DNA from: Spirochaetia bacterium
GTDB taxonomy: Bacteria; Spirochaetota; Spirochaetia; UBA9216
Direction: 5' to 3'
NCBI GenBank assembly: GCA_963675665.1
Contig: OY776510.1
Location: forward strand, 4,128,001 to 4,192,000
Length of the DNA stretch: 64,000 nt
Positions 1-10,725 of the stretch are shown here, piece by piece. The notes under the pieces are model-generated. The model saw only the letters and a program-made list of their open reading frames with translations. It had not been told where the DNA came from and did no database searches. The position numbers and the translations under genes were made by a program. The first letter of the stretch is position 1; each line of letters opens with the position of its first letter.

Positions 1-2
1 AA

Positions 3-137
3 AAAAACTCATGGTTTTATTCCATTGTATCGAATTACACAACAGAAGAAGTATTTTCAGCCAACCGGCAGAAATTTCTGACTGAGCAGGGATATAAATA
101 TAATATTGAAATCTGGGATGATCTTGTTGATGACTGA
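3..137 (+). CDS. C-terminal end of XPB/Ssl2-family DNA repair helicase (starts before the window)
   Basis: Frame from nt 3 reads KNSWFYSIVSNYTTEEVFSANRQKFLTEQGYKYNIEIWDDLVDD*. FYSxVS..TxE..F...RQxFLxEQGY is the typical bacterial XPB C-terminus. Not in the supplied ORF track. Confidence 0.85.
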   Translation, partial: KNSWFYSIVSNYTTEEVFSANRQKFLTEQGYKYNIEIWDDLVDD

Positions 138-200
138 ATCGAATTATCGGACTGCAGCTGAATTCACCGGCCATCCAAAACGACCGGAGGTTTTTTTAGG

Positions 201-2204
201 ATGATAGACAGCTGGAAGAACAATTTGCTCAACCTTCCCGATTCCGTATTCTTCGATATAATGCGCAATTATCTCGGCGACCTGAAAACCCCTTTTAACA
301 AACATGATCTTATGCGCTCGCTTACAAAACTGATTTCAAAAAAGGAAATAAGAGCCAAAATATTCTCACTGATAGATCATGACGATTCCAGGCTGCTGAC
401 TGCCATAGCCCTTTTGAACACTGCCGGAATTGATGAACTTTACGAATTTACCAGACAGTATTATTCGTTTCTTGAACTTCACAACAGGATTGCTAATCTG
501 CAGGAAAGGCTTCTGATCTGTATCGAAGACAAGCGCCTGATAAAACTCAATCCGGTCTTTGAAGAAGAACTTAAAGAGGATTATCTCGATTCGGCAGCTA
601 TTTTTTCTTCTTTGTCCGTAGCTGATGAACCCGGAAATCCCTGGCTCAACGAACAGTTCATAGCAGCCCTTTTGTCTTTTTTCATCAATAACAGAAATAT
701 CTTCAACCAGAACCTGAACAGCCGTAAAAAAGCTGAAGGCCGCCTGGCGGCTGTATTTCCCTGGCTGACTGAAGCCGACAGCGATGAGCCGGTGAGTTTT
801 CTCATCAGGATGCTCAGTACCCTCGGATTCATCAGTATATCCGATTCGGATCCGGAAATTATTATCGACAATATTTTATCCTTCGGAAAACAGCCAGTCA
901 GCAATCGACGGATTCTCACGGCAGCGGCGGCTGTTTCCGCATGGTCCGATGATAAAGCCGTCAGTCCGGAAACTTTGACCTGTTTTTTATCAACGCTTTT
1001 TTCGAGCCTGAAACCCGGCTCAAGGCTTCATGAAAACGATTTAAAATCCTTTTTCTACCTTATCAGAAGAAATATTAATAAAACGGATGACGGCGCTGCA
1101 AACCTGACGGACGACCTTCTTACCGAAGCGCTCTGTTTCTGCGGTTTTATGATTAAAGATGATGATTTCAGACAATTTACACATGGAGAGACCTCTCCGG
1201 TTTCCGGAGAAAAGATAAGGATTCAGTCCAACTTTGATATAACTGCGCCTGCGGCTTTTCCTTTCAATAATGAAATTTTGACTGCTTTAAGCTGCGAAAT
1301 AAGCAGTTATGATATTACCAGAACGTACGAACTGAAAAAATCTTCTTTTGCCGCTGCGCTTGATGCGGGACTGACTCTCGGGCGGATCCGGGAAAACATG
1401 ACGGAGAATTCAACCGGCGGTATACCGCAGAATATACAATTCTCGTTAAATGCATGGGAAAAGGAATATAACAGTATTAATCTTAAATACGGTGTTGTAA
1501 TGATTGTCGAGCGTGAAAGACTGCCGTTAATCGAACATTCCCCGGGACTGAAAGATTTCTTCACAGCTTCACCTGCACAGGGTGTATTTATACTTGATCC
1601 GGCAAGAGAACCCGAATGGCGGCGGGCTTTTGCCGATGCCGGTTTTGATATGCTTCCGAGAATTATAATCCCGCATGCACAACAGCCTATACCTGAAACA
1701 GGACCGGCTGCGTTTAAAAGGTTTAAATTGACAGGTAAAACCGTTATCCAAAACTACTCGGCAACTTTCAAACCTCAGACAGACGATATAATCGGAAAAA
1801 TATCAGAAAAAATTCGCAGGCTGTCCGTTTCAACGGAAAACAAACAGAAACTTGAAGCCCGGGCAAAAAAGAAATTGATTCTGGCCGATTCCCAGCTGTC
1901 CGCATCAAACAAGCCGGAAGAACGCGGAGAAGCCGGAGGCCTGGACCACCGCGCAAAAATACGCCTTACAGAGCGCGCTCTTGAACTCGATAATCTTTTG
2001 GAAATCACAACAGCGAAGGATCTCGAACTTGAAAAAAGGCTGATTAAACCTTTAAGGCTTGTAAAATCCGATGCCGAAACACCTGACAAACCACCTGTTT
2101 ACCGGATTGAAGCAATAGAACTGCCGGAAGAAACCCAATTAACAGTATCAATAACCCGTATCAGCTATATGCGGATGCTTAAAAGCTCACTTTTCACACC
2201 GTAA
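201..2204 (+). CDS. XPB-partner protein with helicase-associated (Helicase_C_3-like) domain and possible degenerate C-terminal WYL-like domain
   Basis: 667 aa with IQSNFDI...YELKKSSFAAALDAG...IPQNIQFSLNAW motif; GGAGG upstream; directly follows the XPB gene. Confidence 0.7.
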   Translation: MIDSWKNNLLNLPDSVFFDIMRNYLGDLKTPFNKHDLMRSLTKLISKKEIRAKIFSLIDHDDSRLLTAIALLNTAGIDELYEFTRQYYSFLELHNRIANLQERLLICIEDKRLIKLNPVFEEELKEDYLDSAAIFSSLSVADEPGNPWLNEQFIAALLSFFINNRNIFNQNLNSRKKAEGRLAAVFPWLTEADSDEPVSFLIRMLSTLGFISISDSDPEIIIDNILSFGKQPVSNRRILTAAAAVSAWSDDKAVSPETLTCFLSTLFSSLKPGSRLHENDLKSFFYLIRRNINKTDDGAANLTDDLLTEALCFCGFMIKDDDFRQFTHGETSPVSGEKIRIQSNFDITAPAAFPFNNEILTALSCEISSYDITRTYELKKSSFAAALDAGLTLGRIRENMTENSTGGIPQNIQFSLNAWEKEYNSINLKYGVVMIVERERLPLIEHSPGLKDFFTASPAQGVFILDPAREPEWRRAFADAGFDMLPRIIIPHAQQPIPETGPAAFKRFKLTGKTVIQNYSATFKPQTDDIIGKISEKIRRLSVSTENKQKLEARAKKKLILADSQLSASNKPEERGEAGGLDHRAKIRLTERALELDNLLEITTAKDLELEKRLIKPLRLVKSDAETPDKPPVYRIEAIELPEETQLTVSITRISYMRMLKSSLFTP

Positions 2205-3738
2205 AACCGGTAAACAACCTGAACTGCTCATCAGCCTGGGCTTTAAGCATCGGGAAACCGTTCATCACGATACATCCGGCGGCTTCCGCCTGCTTCAGAA
2301 AAACCGTCTTCTCCGGGGCATAAATCAGGTCATAAGCAATTTCCACCCCCCTGAAATCAAACCCCGGAACCGGGTTGCCATCGATGTCAGGTTCCATCCC
2401 GGCGCTTGTGGTCTGGACCACTATCCGGTACGGTGATCGTTCAGCCCGGCGCTCTTCCGTCAGGGCATCAAGCCCTGTGCCGCGGCAGCCGAAATCAGCA
2501 GCAAGGGCTTCAGCCTTTTCAACGGTTCTGTTCGCAACAGTAACGTCAGCCCCGCGGCTTGCAAGCGCATAAACGACCGCCCGCGCCGCGCCGCCGGCGC
2601 CTATGACAAGGGCTGAACAGCCTTTGACGGGTGTTTTTCCTGAAAGGATTTTCTCAAGCGGCGCAAGAAAACCGAGCCAGTCCGTATTACTGCCCCGCCA
2701 GCCGTTTTGAAACACAAGGGTGTTGCAGGCCCCGATTGCATCTACCGATTCATCGACTGAATCAGCGGCGCTGATGACACGCTGTTTATACGGAATAGTA
2801 ACGGAAAGACCGTGGAGGTTCAGTTTTCCGGCATTTTCCAGCAGCATTTCAGGATCCGGCGTCTCAAAAGGAAGATATACCGCATCGATACCGTGCTTCC
2901 GGATCGCTGCATTATGTATTTCAGGCGACTTTGTATGCATTACGGGACGACCGATTATACCGAAAACCTTCGTGCCGGCATTAAGATGCCTGTAATTATA
3001 AATTTCAACAAGATCACGGGGCCGAATATGACCGGGAGCGGCACTTACGCTGCCTGCCGAGCAGAAAGTCAACATAGACCCCCATGCCCCGGCCATAATC
3101 CGCGAGGGAAAACCGATCGGGCCCATTCCGACCAGGATATAATCCGAAAGGAGCGGCCCGTTGGTGCATGAATACCCCTGCGAGGTGTGTTTAACCTCCT
3201 CAAGCCTTTTGTATACATCAACCAGTTTAAGTAAATCATTCGAGCTTTGAGGCATTACCGCAGCTTTCGGAATAAACCTGTCTCCCCGTGAATTATCAAT
3301 CATCCGCTGTGCCAGATTATCCGGAACTCCGGTGAAATCATGAAAGGAAATTATCACCCTGGTGCCTGCAGCTTCGGCGCTTTTAACCAGTTGCAGCTCA
3401 CATTCGGCATCAGCATCTTCTTCCAGATCGATAAAGGCCCACCCCCCCGAAAGAGCCTCATGTATAATACGGCAGCGGCTTTCAATTGCAGAAGGATTCA
3501 AACCTTCCGGTCCGCCGGCAGCCCCTACGGCTTCATTTTCCCGGCCCCCGTCTTTCGGCCATCTGTACGTCAATATACACGGAAGCCCCGCCTGTTCCGG
3601 AAAATCCCGCAACAGGGGCATCTGGTCAGGCAAAAGAAAGTCTGCACGGATTTCAGCCATATCGATGTAATCAAGGTTGTTTTTTATCAGTTCGAGATCG
3701 GCTTCTATTGTACTGCCGGGGCAACTCAGACATATCAT
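2194..3738 (-). CDS. aroE: Bifunctional type I 3-dehydroquinate dehydratase / shikimate dehydrogenase (AroD-AroE fusion)
   Basis: N-half has EIRAD, ISFHDF, SAAPGH (AroD). C-half has HTKSPEIHN, SVTIPYK, GACNT, NTDWLG, GAGGAA, NRT, DLIY (AroE). Confidence 0.93.
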   Translation of the reverse strand: MICLSCPGSTIEADLELIKNNLDYIDMAEIRADFLLPDQMPLLRDFPEQAGLPCILTYRWPKDGGRENEAVGAAGGPEGLNPSAIESRCRIIHEALSGGWAFIDLEEDADAECELQLVKSAEAAGTRVIISFHDFTGVPDNLAQRMIDNSRGDRFIPKAAVMPQSSNDLLKLVDVYKRLEEVKHTSQGYSCTNGPLLSDYILVGMGPIGFPSRIMAGAWGSMLTFCSAGSVSAAPGHIRPRDLVEIYNYRHLNAGTKVFGIIGRPVMHTKSPEIHNAAIRKHGIDAVYLPFETPDPEMLLENAGKLNLHGLSVTIPYKQRVISAADSVDESVDAIGACNTLVFQNGWRGSNTDWLGFLAPLEKILSGKTPVKGCSALVIGAGGAARAVVYALASRGADVTVANRTVEKAEALAADFGCRGTGLDALTEERRAERSPYRIVVQTTSAGMEPDIDGNPVPGFDFRGVEIAYDLIYAPEKTVFLKQAEAAGCIVMNGFPMLKAQADEQFRLFTGFTV

Positions 3739-3769
3739 TATTCAGCTCCTGTAAGGACTTCAGCAGTTT

Positions 3770-4312
3770 TCAGCGGACCAGGTAGAGATACACCTCGGTG
3801 AGGCCTTCTTCTAATCCGGAATCTGTAAAGACGAAGCGCAGCCTTACCGGAGCTCCCCGCCAGGGAAGATTATAATACAGCGAACCGTCGGCTTCAATCC
3901 ACGGAGAACCGCAAACGTGCATGACGGCGGCGGGCGAACTGCCCATTCCGAGCCCTGCAAGCCTGCCCCGGACGGTTGAATCCAGCCGCAGCTGCCTCAC
4001 TCGCCCGTTTACAAACCAGACTGTAAGTCCCCGGAGAAGCTTTTCGTCGGCCGGGTACTCTTCACCGGTATGCTGACCGGCGAAATATAAAATGCGGTCG
4101 GCACGGCTGTCTATTGATTCAGGCTCTATATCGACTGCTTCGGTTCCGAACCCGGCTGAACCGGCGGCGGACAAAACTGTTTGCAGGTCGGACCCGAGCA
4201 AATTATACCAGAACGACAATTCCGGCTGCGATTCCGGGTCCAGCCCGTTTGCAAAGAGAGCTGCGGCAGAAAGTATAAAAAATAAAATAATTGCTGTTCT
4301 TTTACCGATCAC
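3770..4312 (-). CDS. Hypothetical exported protein
   Basis: 180 aa with N-terminal signal peptide; GTGA start/stop overlap with the upstream gene. Confidence 0.7.
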   Translation of the reverse strand: MIGKRTAIILFFILSAAALFANGLDPESQPELSFWYNLLGSDLQTVLSAAGSAGFGTEAVDIEPESIDSRADRILYFAGQHTGEEYPADEKLLRGLTVWFVNGRVRQLRLDSTVRGRLAGLGMGSSPAAVMHVCGSPWIEADGSLYYNLPWRGAPVRLRFVFTDSGLEEGLTEVYLYLVR

Positions 4313-6030
4313 TGAAGCATTCCTTCTATTTCAGCCATCTCTCTTTTTATTTCCTGGTCGGCAGGGGCAAGAGCGGCTGCCTGCTTGATGTACCGGTAAG
4401 CCTTCCGGACATCTCCCATAGCGGTATAGAGCCTGGATATGCTTATAAGGGCATCAATATTCTGAAGGTCTTCAAACAGCGCCGATCTCAGCGACTGCAG
4501 CCTTGCATCATCCGTAAGATCTATAAGACTTTTAAGGTAATAAAGCACGGATCTTTTTTCAGCATCCTTTTCAAGGGGAATCCTCTGATCCAGTATCCGC
4601 TCAGCCTGCAGACGCCTGTTCATACTGATCAATGTTCGTATAAATATTATCGAAGCGTCACTTGAATCCGGGAAACGCTCATATAATCCGCCTGCAATTG
4701 ACAGAGCTTTCTCATAATTACTCTGAACATACCATGCTTTCCATGCTGCAAGCCCCGCTTTCAATGAACCATCGGCTTCAATAAGCCTTGTGGCGTATTC
4801 AGATGCGGCATTCCAGTCCTCCATTTCGATTGCATCGTCAATAAGAACAATCAGCCCCTCAACACCGGCGTCGTCGCTTCGTCCTTCGCCGGTAAGAATT
4901 TCCCGAGCTTCGTCCTTACGCCCGGTGAGCATTAAAACGGCGCCGTATGCTTCTTCAATTGATTTATCTCCTGCATATTTTTTCCTTGCCTGCTCCAGTG
5001 TATTCAAAGCGCTGAGATTATCCCCTGCAGCCCTCTCAATACCGGATTTTACAAGGTAAAAACCTGGTGTTTCATAAGGCATTCTTGCAAGCACATCAAT
5101 CAGGCGCCTGGCCTGCTGAAGATTATTCTGTTCAAGAAAAATTCTGGCGCGCAGAAGAAGTATTTCGGGATTATCAGGTTCAGCACGAAGCACCGCCGAT
5201 GAATAATCAAGCGCACCGCTGTAATCCTTTATCAGCAGTCGTGTCTCAGCAGCCGTTATAAGGATTTCTGTCGAAAACGGATATTGCGCAGAAAGAAGAT
5301 CCATTATTTCAACTGCGGCATCGTTCTTTCCGGTCCTTATATAGATTCGGGCAAGTCCCATTTCCGCCGGGTAAGTCGACGGATCAAGCTCAAGGGCTTT
5401 TGAATAATCAGTGAGTGCTTCATCGTATCTGCCGCGGCGTTCATTAATTAGGCCCCGCAGATAAAGGGGAAGGACCGACTTGTTGTTCATCTGAATAGCC
5501 TGATTAATGAACTCGAGAGAAGTCTGCTCAACTATATCATCTTCCGTATACAACACGGCTGCCGGAACAGTAAGTACAGTGAGAAAAGTTATGTCTTTCT
5601 GGCTGACGTCAGGCACAAGTCCGGATTCAATTTTTGCAAAAATATCCGGATATATGCTTCCGGCCGGTGCTTCAGGAATCATTCTGTCGCCGAGTATGAC
5701 CGGATAGGCGTGCGCCATCAGTTCAGCGGCTATATATGCGTATTCCAGGCCCGCCTCCGACCTGCCGGCGTCTGATTCCGAAAGCAGACTGATAGCCGAT
5801 CTTAGAGTGTCGGGCGAAGCAATACTCAAGTTTCTTTTGCATGTCTCGAGAATATCAAGTTCACTGCTGCTCACGCCGATTTCGGTGCTCTCCCGTGTAT
5901 CGGAAGCGGAAGTACATCCGAAGAGAATCAGCATGAGGCCAAGTATGAGACATGCAGCAAGCTTATTACACAGGGTAATGTTCCTTCGGGAAAAATCCCT
6001 TTTAACACATGTTTTCGATAATAGTATCAC
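4309..6030 (-). CDS. TPR-repeat lipoprotein (start uncertain)
   Basis: LILFGC lipobox; several TPR motifs such as [28 protein letters not shown]. Confidence 0.85.
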   Translation of the reverse strand: MILLSKTCVKRDFSRRNITLCNKLAACLILGLMLILFGCTSASDTRESTEIGVSSSELDILETCKRNLSIASPDTLRSAISLLSESDAGRSEAGLEYAYIAAELMAHAYPVILGDRMIPEAPAGSIYPDIFAKIESGLVPDVSQKDITFLTVLTVPAAVLYTEDDIVEQTSLEFINQAIQMNNKSVLPLYLRGLINERRGRYDEALTDYSKALELDPSTYPAEMGLARIYIRTGKNDAAVEIMDLLSAQYPFSTEILITAAETRLLIKDYSGALDYSSAVLRAEPDNPEILLLRARIFLEQNNLQQARRLIDVLARMPYETPGFYLVKSGIERAAGDNLSALNTLEQARKKYAGDKSIEEAYGAVLMLTGRKDEAREILTGEGRSDDAGVEGLIVLIDDAIEMEDWNAASEYATRLIEADGSLKAGLAAWKAWYVQSNYEKALSIAGGLYERFPDSSDASIIFIRTLISMNRRLQAERILDQRIPLEKDAEKRSVLYYLKSLIDLTDDARLQSLRSALFEDLQNIDALISISRLYTAMGDVRKAYRYIKQAAALAPADQEIKREMAEIEGMLQ

Positions 6031-7213
6031 CGAATTTCGAACATGATACTTCGACAGCGTTTTCCATCAGCCTGGCGAAATCATATGTTACAATTTTCCT
6101 GGAAATTGCAGCGGTGATTCCTTTTTCTATCAGACGGGATGCCTCGGTCCAGCCCATGTATTCAAGCATCATCCGCCCCGACAGGATTATAGAACTGGGA
6201 TTCACCTTGTCGAGACCTGCATATTTAGGCGCGGTTCCGTGAGTGGCTTCGAAAATTGCCGTTCCGCTTGTGTAATTAATATTAGCACCCGGGGCAATCC
6301 CGATACCGCCGACCTGAGCAGCCAGAGCGTCTGATATATAGTCACCGTTCAAATTCATTGTAGCTACTACATCATATTCGGCAGGTCTGGTCAAAATCTG
6401 CTGCAGAAATGCGTCGGCTATAACATCTTTTATCAAAATTTTACCTTCAGGCACTTTTCCGTTGCAGTCTTCCCAGCTGACGACCTGGTCTGCAAATTCA
6501 CGTTTGGCAAGAGCGTATCCCCATTCGCGAAAAGCACCCTCGGTATACTTCATGATATTGCCCTTATGAACAAGGGTCACCGACTTTCTGTCGTTGGCAA
6601 CAGCGTATTCAATAGCCGCACGCACAAGACGTTCAGTGCCGCTCAGACTGATTGGTTTAATGCCTATTCCGGAATCAGGTTTTACTTCCCAGCCCATGGT
6701 CTCTTTCAGGAATTTTATCAGTTCTGCCGTCTTGTCTTTACCGGCAGCAGTTTCGTAGCCGGCGTAAACGTCTTCGGTATTCTCTCTGAAAACCACCATG
6801 TCGATTAGATCCGGATTTATAACAGGACTCGGGATTCCCGGGTAATGCTTTACCGGACGCAGACAGACATAAAGATCAAGCCTCTGTCTCAGCGCAACAT
6901 TAAGACTGCGGATACCGCCCCCGATTGGTGTTGTCAGCGGCCCCTTGATTCCGACAAGGTATTCCGTAAAAGCTTCCTCGGTTTCTCCCGGCAGCCAGCT
7001 CCCGGTTTTATCAAAGGCTTTCTGCCCTGCCAGAACTTCCATCCATTCTATCTTTTTATCGCTTCCGTAAGCTGTTTTTACTGCTGCATCCATGACGCGC
7101 ACTGCCGCGGCCCAGATATCAGGACCGATTCCGTCCCCTTCGATATACGGAATAACCGGATCCGAAGGCACCTGCAGCACACCGTTGTTCATGGTTATTT
7201 TTGTTCCCATCAA
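6002..7213 (-). CDS. icd: NADP-dependent isocitrate dehydrogenase
   Basis: [42 protein letters not shown] and [12 protein letters not shown] motifs. Confidence 0.97.
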   Translation of the reverse strand: MMGTKITMNNGVLQVPSDPVIPYIEGDGIGPDIWAAAVRVMDAAVKTAYGSDKKIEWMEVLAGQKAFDKTGSWLPGETEEAFTEYLVGIKGPLTTPIGGGIRSLNVALRQRLDLYVCLRPVKHYPGIPSPVINPDLIDMVVFRENTEDVYAGYETAAGKDKTAELIKFLKETMGWEVKPDSGIGIKPISLSGTERLVRAAIEYAVANDRKSVTLVHKGNIMKYTEGAFREWGYALAKREFADQVVSWEDCNGKVPEGKILIKDVIADAFLQQILTRPAEYDVVATMNLNGDYISDALAAQVGGIGIAPGANINYTSGTAIFEATHGTAPKYAGLDKVNPSSIILSGRMMLEYMGWTEASRLIEKGITAAISRKIVTYDFARLMENAVEVSCSKFGDTIIENMC

Positions 7214-7258
7214 ATAACTCCTATAAAAAATTCCAGCCGTGGAAGGCTGTTCGGGAAG

Positions 7259-7294
7259 TAATGATAAAATATCATGTATTATATTTTATCATTA
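7259..7294. promoter_or_regulatory. Perfect 14-bp inverted repeat (putative operator) between divergent icd and TPR genes
   Basis: TAATGATAAAATAT-N8-ATATTTTATCATTA. Confidence 0.5.
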
Positions 7295-7391
7295 ATGCAA
7301 CTGATTCTAACAGAATGAATTAGCTCTATCAATCACTATGCATAAACACCCGCTTTTCTTTCATAAACCATTATGGTATCATCTGTCAGAT

Positions 7392-8537
7392 ATGCGAAGG
7401 ATATTTTTTGCCCTGGTGTTGCTGACTGCAATTTTGTTTCTGTTTTCCGGATGCAGAAACCCCAAAGACTGGTTCTACGACAGATTTCTCGCACCTGTAA
7501 ATTATTATATAGTCGGTGATTCCGAAGAACGAACCCAGCTCAGAAGGCTATTCGAAGAAACTGAAAACCGGAAGGGCGATCATGAGGGAACTCTTACGGT
7601 TATGCAACAGATAATCAAGATTCTGCACAATGCCGATGAAGATGAAAAAATGAACCTCTTTCTTACGGCATATGTTGAAAACAATCCGGCTGATCCGTTT
7701 AATGCATATTACCTTCTGATGGTTGCTGAAAACTACCATCAGGACGGCGCCTACCCGTTCGCAACGCATTATTATGAACGAATCCTGAAAAATTACCCTG
7801 ATCTGCTTGTTCAGGGGCAGTCCATTCACAATATCTGCCTTAAATATCTGATTAATATGATCGAAGAACCCGCTATCAGGGTTAATTACTACAAGGAACT
7901 TATCGCGCGTTTCAGCGAACCGAACGAACTTTACCCTGAACTGGACCTGATAGATAAAGGACCGGTGTACTATTACATGGCGAAAACATACGAAGAGCTC
8001 GGCGAATGGGAACTGGCGGTTCAGGCTTACCGCAGTTTTCTGTCATATCCCGAATGTGAAATTCCCGGCAACCCGATGGCCCACTCAGAAATATCAGACA
8101 TGATTGCTTTCTATGATTACCGGGATAAAAGCTGGATAATGGACAACCTTGAGGATCTGACCAAATACGTCCAATGGGCGGTCTGGGGCCGCAACTCATC
8201 CAGGCTCAACCGGTACCGTGCAAAGGTAAACTTCTTTGCTACAGCCTGGGAAGAAGAACTGACCGAAACGAACAAACTGGATGATCTTGAAAGCTTCTAT
8301 TCGGACCTCGGGGTGCTGATGACATCAAGGCTCCGCTGTGCCGAAGAACTTGATTCCGATTCCAACATGCAGGAAGCTTATCTTGAAACCTGGGGCTGGT
8401 CTTACCGAATCCCTACCTGGTATTTTTATTTCAGAAAAATATCGTTTCCTGCCGATCCTGAAATAAACGGAAAATGGGAATGGGCCGGAATTTACCTCGG
8501 CGAAAAACCCTTCTCCAGTGCAAAAAAGGAAGATTAA
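7392..8537 (+). CDS. TPR-containing lipoprotein
   Basis: ATG 7392 gives MRRIFFALVLLTAILFLFSGC (lipobox); TPR-like YYYMAKTYEELGEWELAVQAY. Confidence 0.8.
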   Translation: MRRIFFALVLLTAILFLFSGCRNPKDWFYDRFLAPVNYYIVGDSEERTQLRRLFEETENRKGDHEGTLTVMQQIIKILHNADEDEKMNLFLTAYVENNPADPFNAYYLLMVAENYHQDGAYPFATHYYERILKNYPDLLVQGQSIHNICLKYLINMIEEPAIRVNYYKELIARFSEPNELYPELDLIDKGPVYYYMAKTYEELGEWELAVQAYRSFLSYPECEIPGNPMAHSEISDMIAFYDYRDKSWIMDNLEDLTKYVQWAVWGRNSSRLNRYRAKVNFFATAWEEELTETNKLDDLESFYSDLGVLMTSRLRCAEELDSDSNMQEAYLETWGWSYRIPTWYFYFRKISFPADPEINGKWEWAGIYLGEKPFSSAKKED

Positions 8538-8543
8538 AAACAA

Positions 8544-9836
8544 TTGGGCAGATCAGGACTGCTTTTCCTACTGATATTTATTCTCTTCGCCGTCCCGGCG
8601 GTATTTTCGGATAATTCCCAGCCTCCGTCTTTTTTCCCGCTGCCGCTGCAGGATGTCGGAGGCGCTGCCGTCCATTCTTCAGACGTTTCGGCAGATCCGC
8701 TGATTGCCCACTATATCAATGAATATACAACCGAAAACGGGCAGAAAACAATGACTGCAATCCTTCGCCGCGGCGCCCCCTATTTCGGGTTTATCTACAA
8801 CAGACTTGTTTACGCCGGAATGCCGCCCGAACTGATGTACCTGCCTGCTGTTGAATCAGGTTTCAGGGCCTGGGCGGTTTCACGTTCCGGGGCTGCCGGA
8901 TTCTGGCAGTTTATGATGAACAGTATCTCTCCGTACGACATCGATATCAACGAATGGCAGGACGACCGGCGCGACTTCTGGAAAGCAACTGAAGCGGCGC
9001 TGAAAAAACTGCAGCATAACTACGAACGAACAGGAAGCTGGCCTCTCGCCGTGGCTGCCTATAACTGCGGTCTGGGCCGGATTGAACGCGCTGTTGCGGC
9101 ATCCGGTACAACCGATTATATTAAACTTTACGAACAGGGTTACATTCCGGGGGAAACACGTAATTACGTGCCGAAATTTTTCGCATTTGCCCATCTTGCA
9201 ACCCATGCTGAACAGTACGGTCTTACGGCATCTGCCGTGATGGACACCCCTGCCGCTGAAGAATCTTCCGAATGGGAACGTATCGAGCTTAACCAGGCCG
9301 TTAATCTTGTTATTCTGGCCTCAAAAGCCGGTATTCCCGTGTCTTTTCTGCACGAAGCAAACGCCGAACTCCGTCACGGTATAACGCCGCCGGTATCATA
9401 CAGCTATAAGCTGAAGGTTCCGGCAGGATATTCCGATAGTATAAAAAGAGTGCTTGAACAGACCAGCGAACCGCTTATGAGATTCTACATACATGAGATA
9501 AAAAGCGGTGATACCTTCTATGCGCTCTCACGGCATTTCGGAGTTTCGGTTTCGATGATCGAAATGTATAACCCCGGAGCTGATGCAAGGGCCCTGCGTT
9601 CCGGACAGAAGATAATCATTCCGGCGCTTAAGGAAACAGAGCCGTTCAGGACTGATTATAAAGCGGCTGAAAGATGGAACAGTTCAACGGCGTATACCGT
9701 TGCGGCCGGGGACAGTTTCTGGAGTATCGCCAGAAGGTTCAATACAAGCGTTGAGGAAATTGCTTTTAACAACGGAATGGACGCCGGAGAAACATTGAGA
9801 GCGGGCATTATTATTCAGGTTCCGCTTGATAACTGA
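8544..9836 (+). CDS. mltD: Lytic murein transglycosylase with two LysM domains (MltD-like)
   Basis: VESGF, SGAAGFWQFM, AAYNCG and ETRNYV motifs; LysM motifs HEIKSGDTF and YTVAAGDSFWSIA. Confidence 0.9.
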   Translation: MGRSGLLFLLIFILFAVPAVFSDNSQPPSFFPLPLQDVGGAAVHSSDVSADPLIAHYINEYTTENGQKTMTAILRRGAPYFGFIYNRLVYAGMPPELMYLPAVESGFRAWAVSRSGAAGFWQFMMNSISPYDIDINEWQDDRRDFWKATEAALKKLQHNYERTGSWPLAVAAYNCGLGRIERAVAASGTTDYIKLYEQGYIPGETRNYVPKFFAFAHLATHAEQYGLTASAVMDTPAAEESSEWERIELNQAVNLVILASKAGIPVSFLHEANAELRHGITPPVSYSYKLKVPAGYSDSIKRVLEQTSEPLMRFYIHEIKSGDTFYALSRHFGVSVSMIEMYNPGADARALRSGQKIIIPALKETEPFRTDYKAAERWNSSTAYTVAAGDSFWSIARRFNTSVEEIAFNNGMDAGETLRAGIIIQVPLDN

Positions 9837-10725
9837 ACGGGAGAAAATATCGGCATTAATGAACAGGCTGCAGTATATAAAAAGGAAAATACCGCTCTTG
9901 ATTTCAGCATTACTGCTGACGGCGGCCCAGGGCCTTTACGCCCAATATAATATAGAAACAGATACTGAAGTATCGTGGATTACAGGAGATATACTGATCT
10001 CTGCGTCAGCGGAAATACCGGCAGCAACTGCAAATCTTACTACGGCCAGGTTCCGTTTAACGGAAACCATAGACCGGGATTTAACGTCTATCGTAACCGG
10101 CGCGTTTGACGAAATATATCTTGATTCCCGTCAGACTTTAAGCGAAGGCTTCACTTCAAACCAGAAAAGACTTACCGATTTTGATGCGCTGAACCTGACG
10201 AAAAGCCGGGTTTCAAGCAGTATGAGTCTTAAACTCGATTCGGTCACGAATCTTTATAAATACAATATCTATAACGATCTTATACCGCTTCTTCTTACTC
10301 ATGAAAAACCCGCGCCGATACCGACAATTCTCAACTGGGAACCGACGGCCGCTTTCTCGGGGATAATAATATACGCTGCGGATCCCCTGCCCTGGTACGG
10401 CGAACCAGGCAGCGGGCATCTTCAGCAGGCGGTTTTTCCCAAAATATACAGCCGCCGGATGTCACCGGTAGCCTCAGCCGAAATGGCCGAGCCTGAATAC
10501 CTTGAGAAATGGGGTTTTGTACTTTATACGGATTCTCTTGATGAACGTCGTTTCGAAGAAAGGATAGGCCTGTATCCTTACCGCACAACAGCAGAGGCTA
10601 TTTTCGGGAACAACCACACCGACATCCTGATTACGGAAGAAGCAGCGCAAAAAATCCTGTTCAACAAAGCCAATCACCGCCTTATCCGGGAAGGCCGGAT
10701 TGTCGTTGTTATCGGAAATCACTGA
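9826..10725 (+). CDS. Hypothetical exported protein
   Basis: 299 aa with a signal-like hydrophobic segment; overlaps the mltD stop. Confidence 0.7.
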   Translation: MITEREKISALMNRLQYIKRKIPLLISALLLTAAQGLYAQYNIETDTEVSWITGDILISASAEIPAATANLTTARFRLTETIDRDLTSIVTGAFDEIYLDSRQTLSEGFTSNQKRLTDFDALNLTKSRVSSSMSLKLDSVTNLYKYNIYNDLIPLLLTHEKPAPIPTILNWEPTAAFSGIIIYAADPLPWYGEPGSGHLQQAVFPKIYSRRMSPVASAEMAEPEYLEKWGFVLYTDSLDERRFEERIGLYPYRTTAEAIFGNNHTDILITEEAAQKILFNKANHRLIREGRIVVVIGNH

